Of a stretch of DNA of 64,000 nt, positions 39,948 through 53,077 are shown one piece after another. The notes beneath the pieces are model-generated. The model did not search any database. It saw only the letters and a list, made by a program, of their open reading frames with translations, and was not told the DNA's origin. Location: positions 8,742,001-8,806,000 of the forward strand of contig NC_079172.1 of assembly GCF_947568905.1 (NCBI RefSeq), given 5' to 3'. Source of the DNA: Ostrea edulis (lineage: Eukaryota). Every line of letters begins with the position of its first letter. Position 1 is the first letter of the stretch. The position numbers were made by a program, and so were the translations under genes.

Positions 39948-41109
39948 CGTGTCGTGTACTGTAGGTATAACGGATGAAAGTAGCAATAAATGGAGACAAA
40001 TATTGAAATATCAATTAGAGTTAATTGTGCTCCTCGCATTTAGTTCTCGTTATAAATGTGTATTGAGATTGATAGAAATCTATTAAAGTAGATATTAGCA
40101 ACCAATGTCATCCCCGGAATTTCATAGTTGATCGAGTAAATCTCTCAATATAGTTCATATCCTCAAACTAGATTTATGGAACTAACGAATTGCATGTGCT
40201 AATTCTGATGGCCATTCCCTATATCGCTCATATTATGCAGATTTGGATGCATTTTAATGTGCTTCATCGGCAAAAAGACAAGAATATTAAGATTCGTACA
40301 TAGTACAGGTATATATTCATTTCTATTTAATCTGTGCTCTGCGATAAGGACTCAAATATTTGTCCTAGTGTATCAACACATTTAAATCCTGGGATATTCC
40401 CCGACATAAGGGGTATCTAGTTACAACTGCTATTTAATTTTGAATGTACTGTATAACGTAAATCGACAGTTGCCGAGAACAGAACATGAAATCTTCATTT
40501 GTGTTTTCGTAATTGAAAAGAAATTGTTATCGAATGGTTACATCGTGTTAGTATAGCATAGGCCAATATGTGCCTGGTAATGCAATTTGGTCTCGTCATT
40601 TTCAGTTTTCAAATAAAGAGGATCTATATTTCATCTGCGAACGTAAAGCGTGATCTGGTGCAGGGTCTAGAATTCCTATGAAATCTGGTACATTTTGTCT
40701 ATGGCAGGGTCTAGAATTCCTATGAAATCTTTATCTTAGAACTATGGTGATTTACTTCAGAAACACATAAATCATTTTCCCATTATCTGAGTATAAAGGT
40801 GCCGTAGATATTACATCGCAATAAACCTCGAAAATGACATTTTCAAAACATCATATGCATGTAGAAATATAAAATATTAATGTTTATTTTTTTTTTTATT
40901 ATTATTTAGAAAAGCACATGGTATGGATGACAAATGGTGAGCAGACATATTTTCAAACTGCACGTCATCCTTTTGTCAAATAACCACACGTGTATAGTAA
41001 TTCATGCTTGCATGAATTCAAAAATAAATAATTCACGATTCTACGGATGAAAAACGAGAAACTGAGAATTGTGAACCGTCTTTATCATTTTCATTGTAGC
41101 TATGGTTAC

Positions 41110-41250
41110 CTCCGTTTTAGACCGGAAGGGCGGTGGTGGTGGCGCTGGTTTGCTTTCAGATTCTACTGCGAACGGCGCTGTTAGCATCACTCCGGTACTG
41201 GTAGTGCGCTTCCGCTCTCCATATGCGCTCTCAGACCCGCGGTGACCAAA
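41110..41250 (-). CDS. TEX36: TEX36-like exon 2
   Basis: atttttag|FGHRGSESAYGERKRTTSTGVMLTAPFAVESESKPAPPPPPFRSKTE|gtaacc; a GC-rich island, phase 0/0, open frame. Confidence 0.8.
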
Positions 41251-43669
41251 CTAAAAATAAATCATCAGCATATTATAAATTCATTTTAAACAACAACTTA
41301 TTCTGGTATATGATAATGATTTCTTTATTCATTTGATTCTGCAATTTAGCATTTTGTCGTCACGATCATAACTTCATCTAAAACACAATTCTGGAACACT
41401 GTATCACACAAAACAAAACTCCCATTCAGGATTTTTGAGAAACCTTAAGAACACCACAGTATGTATGTTTTTATGGTTAATACGGCGGTTTTTTCCTACT
41501 GATTAGAATTTCTCAGTTTCCTTTCTTTCTCTACTTTTTCTCCTCAAATTTCCGTTTGGACGTAATATACCATAGACTTTTCAAAACATTGAATCCTGCA
41601 GGGGTGAACTATTCTTTCCCGGTAGCGGGGAAGATGGAAAAGTTATGTACATGTATACTGTGTGCATAAAGACGTACTTTAAATGTTTTGCTAAAACCAC
41701 TTTTAATACAAAAGCTCTTATGTACATGCTTACTGAAACCCGAAGTATTGATCCTCGGCGGGTTGTAGCAGATTTCATTAAATCTCTCAAAACGAACAAG
41801 GCTTGACATTGAGATAGGATTTGTCGTATCACTTTTTAGGAATTAATGTTCCTATATTTACAGGAATTTATTCAATCGATTTTAAATTCAGTAAAATCAG
41901 TGTGTCATTTATATTAATGAAATAGGGCCTGTGGATTTGTAAAACTCACGTTGCGCCATGTCTTTCAGGGATGTGAACTCAATTTCCTTTATTGATGAAA
42001 AACGTTAGTATCAACATCACACCCCCCCCCCTTTTTTTTATTGCATTAACTGATTCAGAATATCTTTAATATTTATGAAAGCGTGATCCCAACACTTGGA
42101 AAACATTATGCAAAGATTTTCCACTTCTCTTTTACATTGCAAAGTGTTTTTCCTTTCTGACAATATGCGTATAGTACCCCTTATTTAAACGGGTCTTTGA
42201 TGATCCAAATGTTATGGCAAAAATATGGAAATGTCTGAGTGTTCAATGTAACAAATAAACACTTATCTTGAATTTTTAAATTTTCACAGGTAGTCTACCT
42301 TTTGAGGAGATTCAATTTCACTGAAGCACCAGGCTAATCTGTCGATAATCCGTCGCTCATTGATAACGTTATTGAGAATGCTTACTAGGGAAGATAACAG
42401 GGGAGATCATCCCGTATTGGTGTACATTAAACGACACATATCAAACCCCGCTATGTAACAGATTCCATCTGAAGAAGTGAGGATGAAATATATATCTTAA
42501 GTCACTGGGCCCTGAAAGTAGTTTATGCAGTAATATGGTGTATATCGTCGAGTATATTATCTCATATCAGTGGCAAATCCAGAAATTTCTGGAGGGGGGG
42601 GGGGGTAAACGGTTGGGAGCCTGGGGGATGTCTTGGCAAAACCTTCTCAAACTACCGAGTTCTGACAAAACAAACTAAGACGTATATATATTTTATAGAT
42701 ATATCTATTTTTAAAAAAAATGGATCATAAAGAAGAAGGGTGTGTGCGTTCGGCCCTAGATCCACCACAGCCTACACCGGTATATTGGTTTGTATTTGGT
42801 CTGATTTTGCTCTTATACATTTTCATTGTCATTTCCCTGACGTTGTCTATGTAGTATGATTTGCCATAAGTGTAAAGATGATGATTTGAGAAAAGAAAAA
42901 AAAAGACATCTGAATGAATATTTCGATAAATATTTTCCCATTGCCACATATGAAGCGTTTAGCTTTTGTGATTTGACTTTATTTAAATTTCATTTTTAAA
43001 ATGCTGAGTTAAATTTTACAGAAAAATTCTATTCAAACAAGAATTTAATTTTAATTTGGAAATTTAAAAGGCGTACTAGGTTTATTATTAAAAGATTTCA
43101 ACACAGTATTCCTTGATATCAAACCGCTATATCGATGATTAAATCCTCAGGTTATTCCCGCTGTGACAATTATTCAACGCCGTGGATAATATTCTATAAT
43201 TACTGACATGATTAAAACATGAAATGGCTTATCAGGAACAGGTCACTGGCTGTGTTTTGAACAGCATACTGTTTTTTCAAGTCCAGTTTATTCACTAAGA
43301 CCGTGAATTATATATATATTAGTATGTGACGAGAGTGCAAACTTTTCACTTTAAAGCTCTTGCAGTTTAAGGACTTCTGAGATAAACAGTGGATTAGGGT
43401 TTCCAAACGACTAAAACGAAGTAAAGTGGACAACTAAAACTGTTATACTTAGTCGTGACATACACATGCAAGTAGCTGAATGGGAAAGATCATTGTGCTA
43501 TGGACTGACTTGTATTTGAATAACAGAAAGCTTTGTGAAAGCAAATAAATATTTAACACATATATATAAGACTGATATAAACAGTATATTTGATCAACAT
43601 TATATCTGCCCTGACATTTTGAAAAATCAAAACATAACCACTAAGATAACATTGTATTAAAGTACTTAC

Positions 43670-43720
43670 CCAGATTCCATCAGAAGCCGGGGATGGAGCA
43701 AACTGGCGTCCTCGTGCCAT
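43670..43720 (-). CDS. TEX36: TEX36-like protein, exon 1 of 4
   Basis: aaaATG-MARGRQFAPSPASDGIW|gtaagt; resembles the vertebrate TEX36 N-terminus as I recall it (MTKGRRFNPPSDKDGRWF). Confidence 0.8.
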
Positions 43721-43968
43721 TTTATAATATTTTTTCCAGGAATTTTCTTATTTAAAATATATCTCTTCAATAAATATTGACACAAATTTGATCACATTTT
43801 CCTGTGTGATATGAAACTACACGTCGGTGGACTAAAGTGAAATGCACTTTAGAAATGTTTAAAAAGTTTAACAATTTAAAACCCACTCGTCTCTTATCTC
43901 GCTGTATGCAGCTATAGACAATCGCGCTACGTCACAATGGTGAATTTAGTTCTACGCGCTCGCAAGTA

Positions 43969-43981
43969 GTCCCATGGCAAC
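43969..43981. promoter_or_regulatory. RFX X-box-like motif upstream of the TEX36-like gene
   Basis: GTCCCATGGCAAC, about 250 bp upstream of the ATG, near TACGTCA (CRE half-site) and CCGGAAG (ETS-like). Confidence 0.55.
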
Positions 43982-44519
43982 TCAAATCCGGAAGACACAA
44001 GAGCAAAACAGTGTGTGACTCTAATAAATATTTACTAATGATTATTTCATTGTGAAATAGATCTAGTGTTTTCACGGAAAGTTTTTATTACAAACCTTTA
44101 TATTATTACACTACTAAAGACTGTTGTCAATGACGCCTAATTGTATCACGTCAAATTTCAGAGTTATTCCGCTTGCATCTTTGCTGGCGAAGATTGCAAG
44201 AACTTAGGCACAACATTCCACGTATTTTGAAGAATTATTGAACCAATTTGGTTCAAATGTCTTTTTAAACGAAATATAGCCAAATTCACAAATCTTCAAT
44301 TCAAGCATCGGAAAAGGTTTATCATTTTCTGAAACTTTAAAATGATTTTCACGTGTTACAAATTAATTAAGTAATAACTATACAGTACAGAAAATGTTTA
44401 GCAACCCGTTCATTGCTATTCTTTAAATGATATTGCTTTTGGTCTCATTTGGTCTTAAGTGATTGTTTGAACTTATTGGGAAATTTTAACCATATTTCAT
44501 CAAATTGTAAATTGAATAA

Positions 44520-45530
44520 TTACAATATTTGTTAAAAGGCAGCAAGGCAATTAAATGTTCTTAAACGAATAGGCAAACATCTTAGCAAATTAGGTAAATT
44601 AACCATATATCATTCATTTATTATGTCAAATTTTAGTTATTGCCCGTTGACATGGCACTTCTGCACTGAACAAAACACCCGCAAAATTGAAAAGATTCAG
44701 GAAAAAGCTCTGAGGTTTATCTATAGTGACTATAAAAGTACTTACGAAAACCTATTAAAACAATCTAAATTGCCTTCACTAAAAACCAGAAGAATGCAAA
44801 CAATAGCTTTAGAAACTTTCAAAATTATCAACAAAATGTCCCCACTAGTTTTACAAGATCTAGTAGTTATAAAAAACCATTCATACAATTTTAGATATAC
44901 AAATACAACGGAAGTACCAAGACCTAGAACAACCAGGTACGGGATAAAATCTTTTAGATATGAGGCAGCAAAGCTCTGGAACTCTGTGCCAAACGAAGCA
45001 AGAAATATTACATCATATAATCTATTCTTAAATTATATTCAAAATTGGTGTGGGGAATTAAATTGTAAATGCAGCTCATGCAGATTCCAGCCTCTCCTGC
45101 CTAAATCTTAAAGTTTTGATCTAACTTCTAACTATGCTTCTAAGCTTACATGTACAAATTTAACTGTATTATTTTTACTCGGCTCTGTCTCTTAGGTATG
45201 CATATTTATTTAGTCTATGTATGTATCCATATTTTTATGTTTGTGTTGCAAACTGTTTTCAGTGCTGCATGTGCATCTTAATATAGCTAGTCCCTGTGTA
45301 TATATATGCATGACTTGTGATGTCTGTATACATGTATGCGTCCTGTTTTATTTCAAATTTCTGTTTTTATGTCTATGCATGCAATTATATATCATTAGTG
45401 CTTTGTGGTTGTTTTTTTTTAATGCTATATAGTCGGTTAAAGAGCTCTTAGGTCATGTTTATTGTTACCTGTATATAGTTCAGACTTTAAATAAAAATTA
45501 CTTACTTATTTAAATAAAAATTACTTACTC
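44520..45530 (+). mobile_element. 5'-truncated CR1/L2-group LINE (RT C-terminal region, 3' UTR and tail)
   Basis: IYHSFIMSNFSYCPLTWHFC...KIEKIQEKALRFIY...SFRYEAAKLWNSVP...CKCSSC, followed by a 3' UTR ending in AATAAA plus (TTAC)n, duplicated at ~45490-45530. Confidence 0.85.
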
Positions 45531-46040
45531 TGAATACAAGTTCAGTACCGGGATAAAATCAGACGAAACATTAATTTTACATTAACTTTGAGATTGTTTA
45601 TAAACCATGCTCTGGGATCTTACTTTATAGGTGAAAAATTCTGAAAAGTTTTAGGATGTTATTTTTCTATTAGTGTGCATGCATTGATAAATTGTTCTTG
45701 AATATTAAATCAGATGTTTTTCATATTCATCGGTCTCAATAAATCGAATTGTTGATATTAAGAACGCAATTATTGATATCAAGGTCTATGTATCAACTAT
45801 TCGAATCATTGATCATATTAAAAATGTTGATATTAAGAATTCAGTTATGAATTTATATTTCTATTATTAATCGAATTTTAAACTCAAGAATTCTAATTAT
45901 TGTGATGTCCTTCATAATGATTTATGTAAAGGATAGAAAACTTTTTATCAATGATTAGATCTATATAGGCCTATGTTGTTAAGCTTATTTTAATACTTTA
46001 TTATACTGACACGTGTTATAATAACACAGTCTTTCCTTAA

Positions 46041-46361
46041 GGTAGTACTCTACATCGTCATAATGGCTGACTTCCTTTAAAAACATGGATGAAAAAAATC
46101 AATATCAGCAATATTTGTCTTTTCCTTTTCCATTAAAATACCTAATCGAGTAGATCAGTAGGTTTGAATACCGACTGCTGGACTGTAGGTCGCAGGTTCG
46201 AGTCCGGCAGGGGTTTTAAATTTTTTTCAGATTACCTTCTACTGAAACTGTATTTTTTGGACAAAATAAAGTAAATTTGAAATTTTTCAACTTCAAAATA
46301 TTGTTGTACATATCCTCCACTTTTCATCTACATCAAATTTTCTCTGGTGTAGCATACATCC
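46041..46361. mobile_element. TTAA-flanked (Kolobok-like) element carrying a tRNA-like segment
   Basis: TTAA|GGTAGTACTCTACATC ... GGTGTAGCATACATCC|TTAA with imperfect TIRs; internal A-box-like TAGATCAGTAGG (46151) and B-box GGTTCGAGTCC (46195). Confidence 0.6.
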
Positions 46362-46819
46362 TTAATATTACAATGTACAAAACACCTACAGCCTATGGGA
46401 TCTACAGACGCACGCGTGCCATACAGCGCAGTACCATTTCTGAATGAGTCAGTTTTACGTTTTACACGGCAAACAAAGCGTCACCATGACACCGTATTTG
46501 CCGCGTAAAACGTGATTTTCAAGTTTATTTACGTTGCACTGTGCGATTGTTGAAAAACACGGCGTCGCCATCACGCCGTCTTTGCCGCGTAGAACGTGAA
46601 AGTTTTTTACGTTGTGGTGCGCGACCAAACTCCCCGTCGAGGCCTCATTACGTCACCTACGAATAGCGAACGAACTCTGGCGGAAGTTTGGTGTGCGACA
46701 TCGTCGGTTACCCACGGGTGCTTCTAATCGATTCTCTCCATCATAATGAGGGTACAACACAAACAAGTGATTAGGGACCGGCGTTAGGTCCCAGTTCAGG
46801 GCAAAATCACAGACATAGC

Positions 46820-47771
46820 TCAACAGGCAAAGCCCCCCACCCCCCTGAAAAGAAAAGAAGGGACAAATGGGAAGTGAAGGTGGGAGGGAGAAGGAAGAGG
46901 AAGGAAAGTAAGTGGGGGGAAAGGAAGAGAGAATATGGTGTTGAATAAGATTTGAGGGGGAAGGAGAAGAAAGAGAGGAATGGAAATTGAAAAAATAAAA
47001 TAAAAAGGAATTAGGGGTGATGGAGAAATGGAGGGTGGAAAAGGGGGGAAGAATTGGTGGGAAGGGGATGAGAGGGAGTAAGGGGAAAATAGCAAGCGAG
47101 GGAGAGAAAAAGAGGAAGGGGTTAAGTAGGAAGTGAGTGGAGAGGAAAGAGAGAAATGGAATGAGAGAGAGAAGAGAGGGAGATATATGGAAGTGAGTGG
47201 GGGAGGAAAATGAGGGGCAGGGAAAGAGAAAGAAAAAAGAGGAATGGAAGATTGATTGATTACGCCCCGTCGAGAATATTTCACTAAATTTGAAAAATGG
47301 AAGGTGGTGGAAAGAGACAGGATGAAAAGGGAAGAGGAGTGGAAGTGAGGGGCAGGAAAATACAGCTGATGAGTGGAAAGAGAGAGAGATGGGAGATAAG
47401 TGGGAAGTAAGGGAGAAGGAAAGTGTGGGAGAGAAATGGGAAGTGAAGGTAGGGAGGGAGGGTGGAAGAGGAATGGAAATGATAAGAGACAAGGAGAAAA
47501 TGAAAGAGGAAGCAGGAACTAAGTGGTGGAGAATACCGAGAAATAGGAAGCAAAAGAGAAATGGAAACAAATGATGGAAAGGAGGTAAAGTAATGAAAAA
47601 TGTGGGACAGGAAAGGGGGAGAAAGGAGAAGATTTCGAAGTGAAGGGGGTAAGAGGGATGGAGGAAGGAGATGAATTGAAAGTGAAAGGGAAGGAAAGGG
47701 AGGGAGAATTGAAATAACTGGGAAGGAAGGAAGAAGGAAAGTGAGGGGAAGGAAAGTTTCGGAGAATTGAG

Positions 47772-47822
<51 letters not shown>

Positions 47823-48200
47823 TAGAAGAATGGGCAATGAGGGGAAGAAAAAGCATAGAGAGGAATTAGAAGTGGGGAAAAGGAAATTGATGGAGAGGAA
47901 TGGTAAGCGAAGGAAGGTAAAGGAAAGAGGAGGAAAAAGAATGGGAAGTGTGGAAAGGAAAATGGGATGTACGGAGAAAGGAAAATGTGGAAGAGGAATG
48001 GCAATTGAGGGGGAATAAAGGAAGAAGAGAAGGAAGAGCAAAGGGAAGTGATGAAAAGAAAAGTGTGAGATGTGAGATGAATGTACAGTAAGGGGGAGAA
48101 AAGAGAGGGACAAAGTAGAGGAATGAGAAGTGAGAGAGAAGAACTTGCAGGTCAGGATTGGGAAATGAGAGGGAGAAAAGCGTGAGGAGGAGAGGGAGGG
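46820..48200. repeat. About 1.4-kb polypurine (G/A-rich) low-complexity tract including (GA)n at ~47775-47817
   Basis: The plus strand is overwhelmingly G and A with scattered T and few C. Confidence 0.9.
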
Positions 48201-48643
48201 CCTTTATATTTAATTTCATATGGAATAAAAGGTTTCAGCGCAGCCTTTTCGGGTATATTGATATAGGACCACTCCTGATGTATCAATATATGGTAAGAAT
48301 TGACATATTATTTAAGAGTGAAATTTTAATAACGCATAACAAATTTAATAAATTAACAAATTGCAATTAAAAGTACTTCAACTTTACATTAAGATACATT
48401 CAGCAGATTGATTGTAAAAGTTATTTCACAACATGGATTTCCTTCACGGGTCTTTCATCTTCAATTCACTGCAAGGAAAATCTGGAATTCATCAAAAACA
48501 AAAAAATCAAATTTCTACTTCACAATGAAATTAACAAGTATATGTAATGATAGAGAGAGGATAGAACGAAGGATAAGATAAACGATAACCAGGTTTTTTT
48601 TTTATAATTCCAATTACACTAACATATGTGAATCTACCGTCAC

Positions 48644-48726
48644 CTATTTCTTGGTATCCCGCGGACATTTACATCTCTCGTGGACGGGGACATCCTTCAG
48701 GGCTTTCTCAATGTGGTTCCCACAAC
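48644..48726 (-). CDS. 43-aa Cys/His-rich microprotein, exon 2 of 2
   Basis: ccttttgttctcgctacag|GT TGT GGG AAC CAC ... TAG = (G)CGNHIEKALKDVPVHERCKCPRDTKK*. The phase matches exon 1, giving a 6096-bp intron. Confidence 0.85.
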
Positions 48727-49851
48727 CTGTAGCGAGAACAAAAGGATACCAGACTATATAATTATGTAATTATTAAAAAAAATCAAGTCGACAAAGTCAC
48801 ACTAAATTCAATAACAAAAGCGGAATCCCCTGGAAACTTGATAATCTTTTCAAAATTTATCTCCTTTACCTCGTCACTTTAACAATTTTATGACAATCTA
48901 AATAAAAAAGACCAAAAACTCAATAGTAACCCAGACTTTTCTGTGAGGTGTCGTGACGGTAAGTGTAATTAAAATTCGATCCAAAATACACTGAAAATCT
49001 TTAAAGCACGGAATTTCTGAAATTGTCCTCGGTGATCTTGACTGTTTATCACTGACTTTGACTGTTTACAATCAACCCAGTTTGATAGAGCGAAAACACA
49101 AACAAGCAGAAAATATATACTCCGTATTTACACCACAACTTAAAAATTGCGGGTAATAGATATATATTATAAGCTGAAAGAACTTGGAATAATTCAGCGG
49201 ATAACTCATCAACCATTTTTTTTTAACTTCAAAAGGACGACTCTTCAGCCACATCAAAGTAGCTTGTTCGATTGTCTATTCATATCTTTAAATAGCTGCC
49301 ATGCATACACCTACGCGTTACAGAGTATTTATCCAATTAACAGAGCGGAGGAGACTGAATTTTAAAAAAAAAAGTTTTAATAACATGTCGCGGACAAAAA
49401 AAAAAAAAAAAAAAAAAGAATAGAAAGATTTTGATGGATACACTTCCAAAGAACATTATTAAAATCCCGGTGTCCTACAGGGAGACATAATTAGGGATAA
49501 TGTCGCACCTGGAACATTAAGGTTCTTTGATGAATTATATATACCTTATGGCTCATTTCCTGCGTCGAAATCTATGATCTGACAAAAACGTGTATTTCTC
49601 ACAGCCCAACCGAAACACGTGACAAAAAGAGAGAATTTGGTATTCTATTTTCCTCGTGAATTTCGTATTCAATTTTCCTCGTGTTTGCTATAATACTTGA
49701 TCGAATTTAAAAATAAAGTTCAAAGTTAATTGGCTATATCAAATTTTGCAATTTTTTTTTCTCTTTTGAGTGTGTATGCATCAAGATTTATGTAGCGATT
49801 TTTTCAGGCGACTACGAACTCGTACATTAGAATTTTACATGTCGATACAAC

Positions 49852-49907
<56 letters not shown>

Positions 49908-51733
49908 ATGTATCAGTCTTCCAAATCATTACACAAGGTCATTATATACTTACCAGTATTTCTGTATGGTAAATTATGCATACTCAAGGTAACAAATATG
50001 GTTATATACACACTGTAAGTTCTGCAGATCCAGAACATTTTTAAAAGAATTAGGATATATAACAAAGATGACAAATTATTTCTCTCAATTTTCGGTATCC
50101 TTACATAAAATGGCTATTTTCCAAGCAGTTCCTCTTTAATGATTTAAAAAAAAATCTAACTCAGGTTGGGACAAACTTGATATGAATTCATGCCACAAAT
50201 TATCTCTCTGGTATACATGGTATCCGTAAGTGATAAAGAAATGAAAATTGTCCACGCAAAGCTGTGTTCAAAGTTTTCTGAAAGATAAAAGTTTGCAAAA
50301 ATTTCTATTTTATCTAAATAAGAATTGGGAATGTAAATATGAGGCAAAATAACAGCCTTTCTCAGTTTCTCGGTTTTAAAACTTTAAATACAGACTTTTT
50401 AAAAGTATTCTTTTATTTTATAAAAGATACCATTTGTGTTTCTTTCAGAAACATGAAGAGCCAGCTTTGGACAAACAAAATTTCACATATGCGCCCTTGG
50501 TATAAATTATGAAGTTTTTTTCTAAGCTCACGTGCGCATTGTTTTCTAAAGGTGACGTCACTCTGGTTCTTTACGTAACAACTAACCGATACAAAATCCA
50601 CTTTTAAAATTTTCTAAACAAAAGCACGAACGTCGATTTTAGTGGACAAATAGAGCTTCATCAAACATAACATAAATATTTCGTAAAGACGTCGCGCACG
50701 GTACTGGTGTTACTTTCATACGTGCATTAGAAAATGTTTCCGCTATGTTTACACAGTTGTATATTTTGTGGATTATTAAAGTCTTATACATCAATGGCAA
50801 GGAAAATATATAAATAATGATAATAGCTTATATAAAATATAATTTACACGCATTTCATTAGCAATAAATACACGCAGATGTCGTCATTTTTCGTTGTCCC
50901 ACGTTACATGAAATACGCATACGCTTTATCCACAGATTAATAAAATGATTGATTTTGTCCCAAATAACGTAAGAATTGGTGTATGATTGTGACGTCCTTA
51001 TCTAAAAACCATAAACCAATTACTTTAAACATTTAGTTCATAGAATTGATATAGCGACCTTAAAAATGGCAAAGACAGTGCCTGTCAGTGGTGTCCCGTG
51101 TTTGTAGATAGACTGCAAATGCAAATCATCATGACCAGTAGCACGCCTAATACAGGGGGAAGTTGACTATCCTAGCTTGTTACATTTATAATGTACATGT
51201 ATCGTAGAGCACAATGTATACCAGTATTATAAAATTCTGAGTATATCCATGAAGTAGATTGATTTTATCGGTGTCCAGTGAAATGTCCTTATTCTACAAA
51301 TACCGCGCTTTTTAAACAATTCTACCATTTTATGTCTTATTTCTAAGCATTATTCCAACGCGAATATTTTAATGAATATAACTTACAGAAAGTACATAAA
51401 ATTTACTATATAGAATATACAACATTTCATTTTATCCCGCGTCCATTTAGGAAAACGAAAAGATACTTAATAAATGTCCCATGTGATTTTGTCGCGCAAT
51501 GACGCGACGTCAATGTACACAACCTACGTCTAGCTAAAACGTAAAATGTTGCTTTTATTATTTTTGAATGATCTAAATTAAAATGATTTTTAAAAATAGT
51601 ATACAAGGTATTTAAGCTATAGCATGTGTATCTCATAGATATGTTTTACTCTAGATCTGGTACATATACTTTAATTGACTTTATCAAATGACAATTGTAC
51701 AGACTACATTTTGTTGCATGTACTATTGTATGT

Positions 51734-51823
51734 CATCGTCGCAAACCACGGGTTATTGTTTCATTCTATTTCACAAACGTTTGTGAAATAGAATGAAACA
51801 ATAACCCGTGGTTTGCGACGATG
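51734..51823. mobile_element. Perfect 90-bp palindrome MITE (CATCGTCGCA family)
   Basis: 45-bp arms with no spacer and no mismatch; TSD TATTGTATGT/TACTGTATGT. Confidence 0.9.
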
Positions 51824-53034
51824 TACTGTATGTATGCATATAAAAATTCAGCATTGAACAGATACACTTACGGTGTGTAAAACGTTGCAATATTATACAA
51901 ATCTTGATTTATATACGAAACTCTTTAATCATATTCGATAATCTTGTTATTCATATATGAGAAAATTTTAATTATATTCGATAATCTTAATATTTATATG
52001 CGAAAATTTTGATTTATATTCGATAATCTTGTTATTTATTTACATTTGGTAACCTTGTTATTTATATTCGATAATTATATAAATCTCGATTTATATTCCA
52101 TAATATTTGATTCGTATTTGATAATGTTGATGTACACATGCTAGATGTACGCATAGATTTAGTCATTATTGATTGTAGGTGAAATGCATAATTTCAAAAA
52201 TTGATAAAAGAATTAGCTTCATTGACCATGACCTGACCTCGGATGTCTTAAATTTAACTAGAGGAGCTACTCTGCTAAAATTAAACTTTAATAAATATAC
52301 AGCACTACCAGCCGTGAGACATTTGGCCTGAATTGAATAGTTGACCTTGCCCTAATATGCTGAATAAACCCAGTAGCTATGTCGAAGCTTGGGTGACTGC
52401 CCTGTAATCCCCCATAGGCTGCTTAGCTAGCTGGATTAACAAGAGTGATACAAATTTGAATATTTATTAATCGTAATCAGAAACAGGGTGCAAATTGACA
52501 TATATGGCGGAAAGGGTCGCGTGCAATTTTTTGTGGGGAACTGGGGAGGCGGCCAGTTTGACTACCATCGTAGGGGCAACACAGGGGGCCCTATGTGGAC
52601 ATAGGTGCCTGGACCTGAACGGGTGGTCACGTTCTAAGGGGGAAGAGATCTCTGCGCATCTCAGCTGTCTCCTGCGTGTTACCTGGTTCAAAGAGCAAGT
52701 ACAGAGCAAACTGTGGACCCTCCTACAGTTTCCAACATGCACCAGCCTGTAGCATTCCCTAGGAGGTGGATGTGAGCACAGGCACCAGAACGGTGGATAT
52801 ATATAGCGTGTTAGATCTTATGTACCTCCCCCCCCCCCCTTCCAATGAATGAAAGATATATACATAAGTCACATATAAAAATGAATTGAATGTCAAAATC
52901 TTGTTAGAGTATCAGTGACGTGTTGAACAACCTCACTGTTGTATTTAGGACCCAGGTGATCTCTGGCGGGTGTGAGCGATTGCCCCTGGAATATTTCGCC
53001 CACATGCGTTGGTACTCCAGAAGAGTAGAGGAAG

Positions 53035-53077
<43 letters not shown>

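Noticed and set aside
46148-46212. tRNA gene (also considered at ~63170-63235)
   Set aside because: A/B boxes are present, but I could not form a complete cloverleaf or acceptor stem; both sit inside repeats.
46653-48219. 486-aa and overlapping S/L/F/P-rich or R/E/G-rich ORFs
   Set aside because: These are artefacts of the polypurine/polypyrimidine tract, which has few stop codons on the pyrimidine strand.
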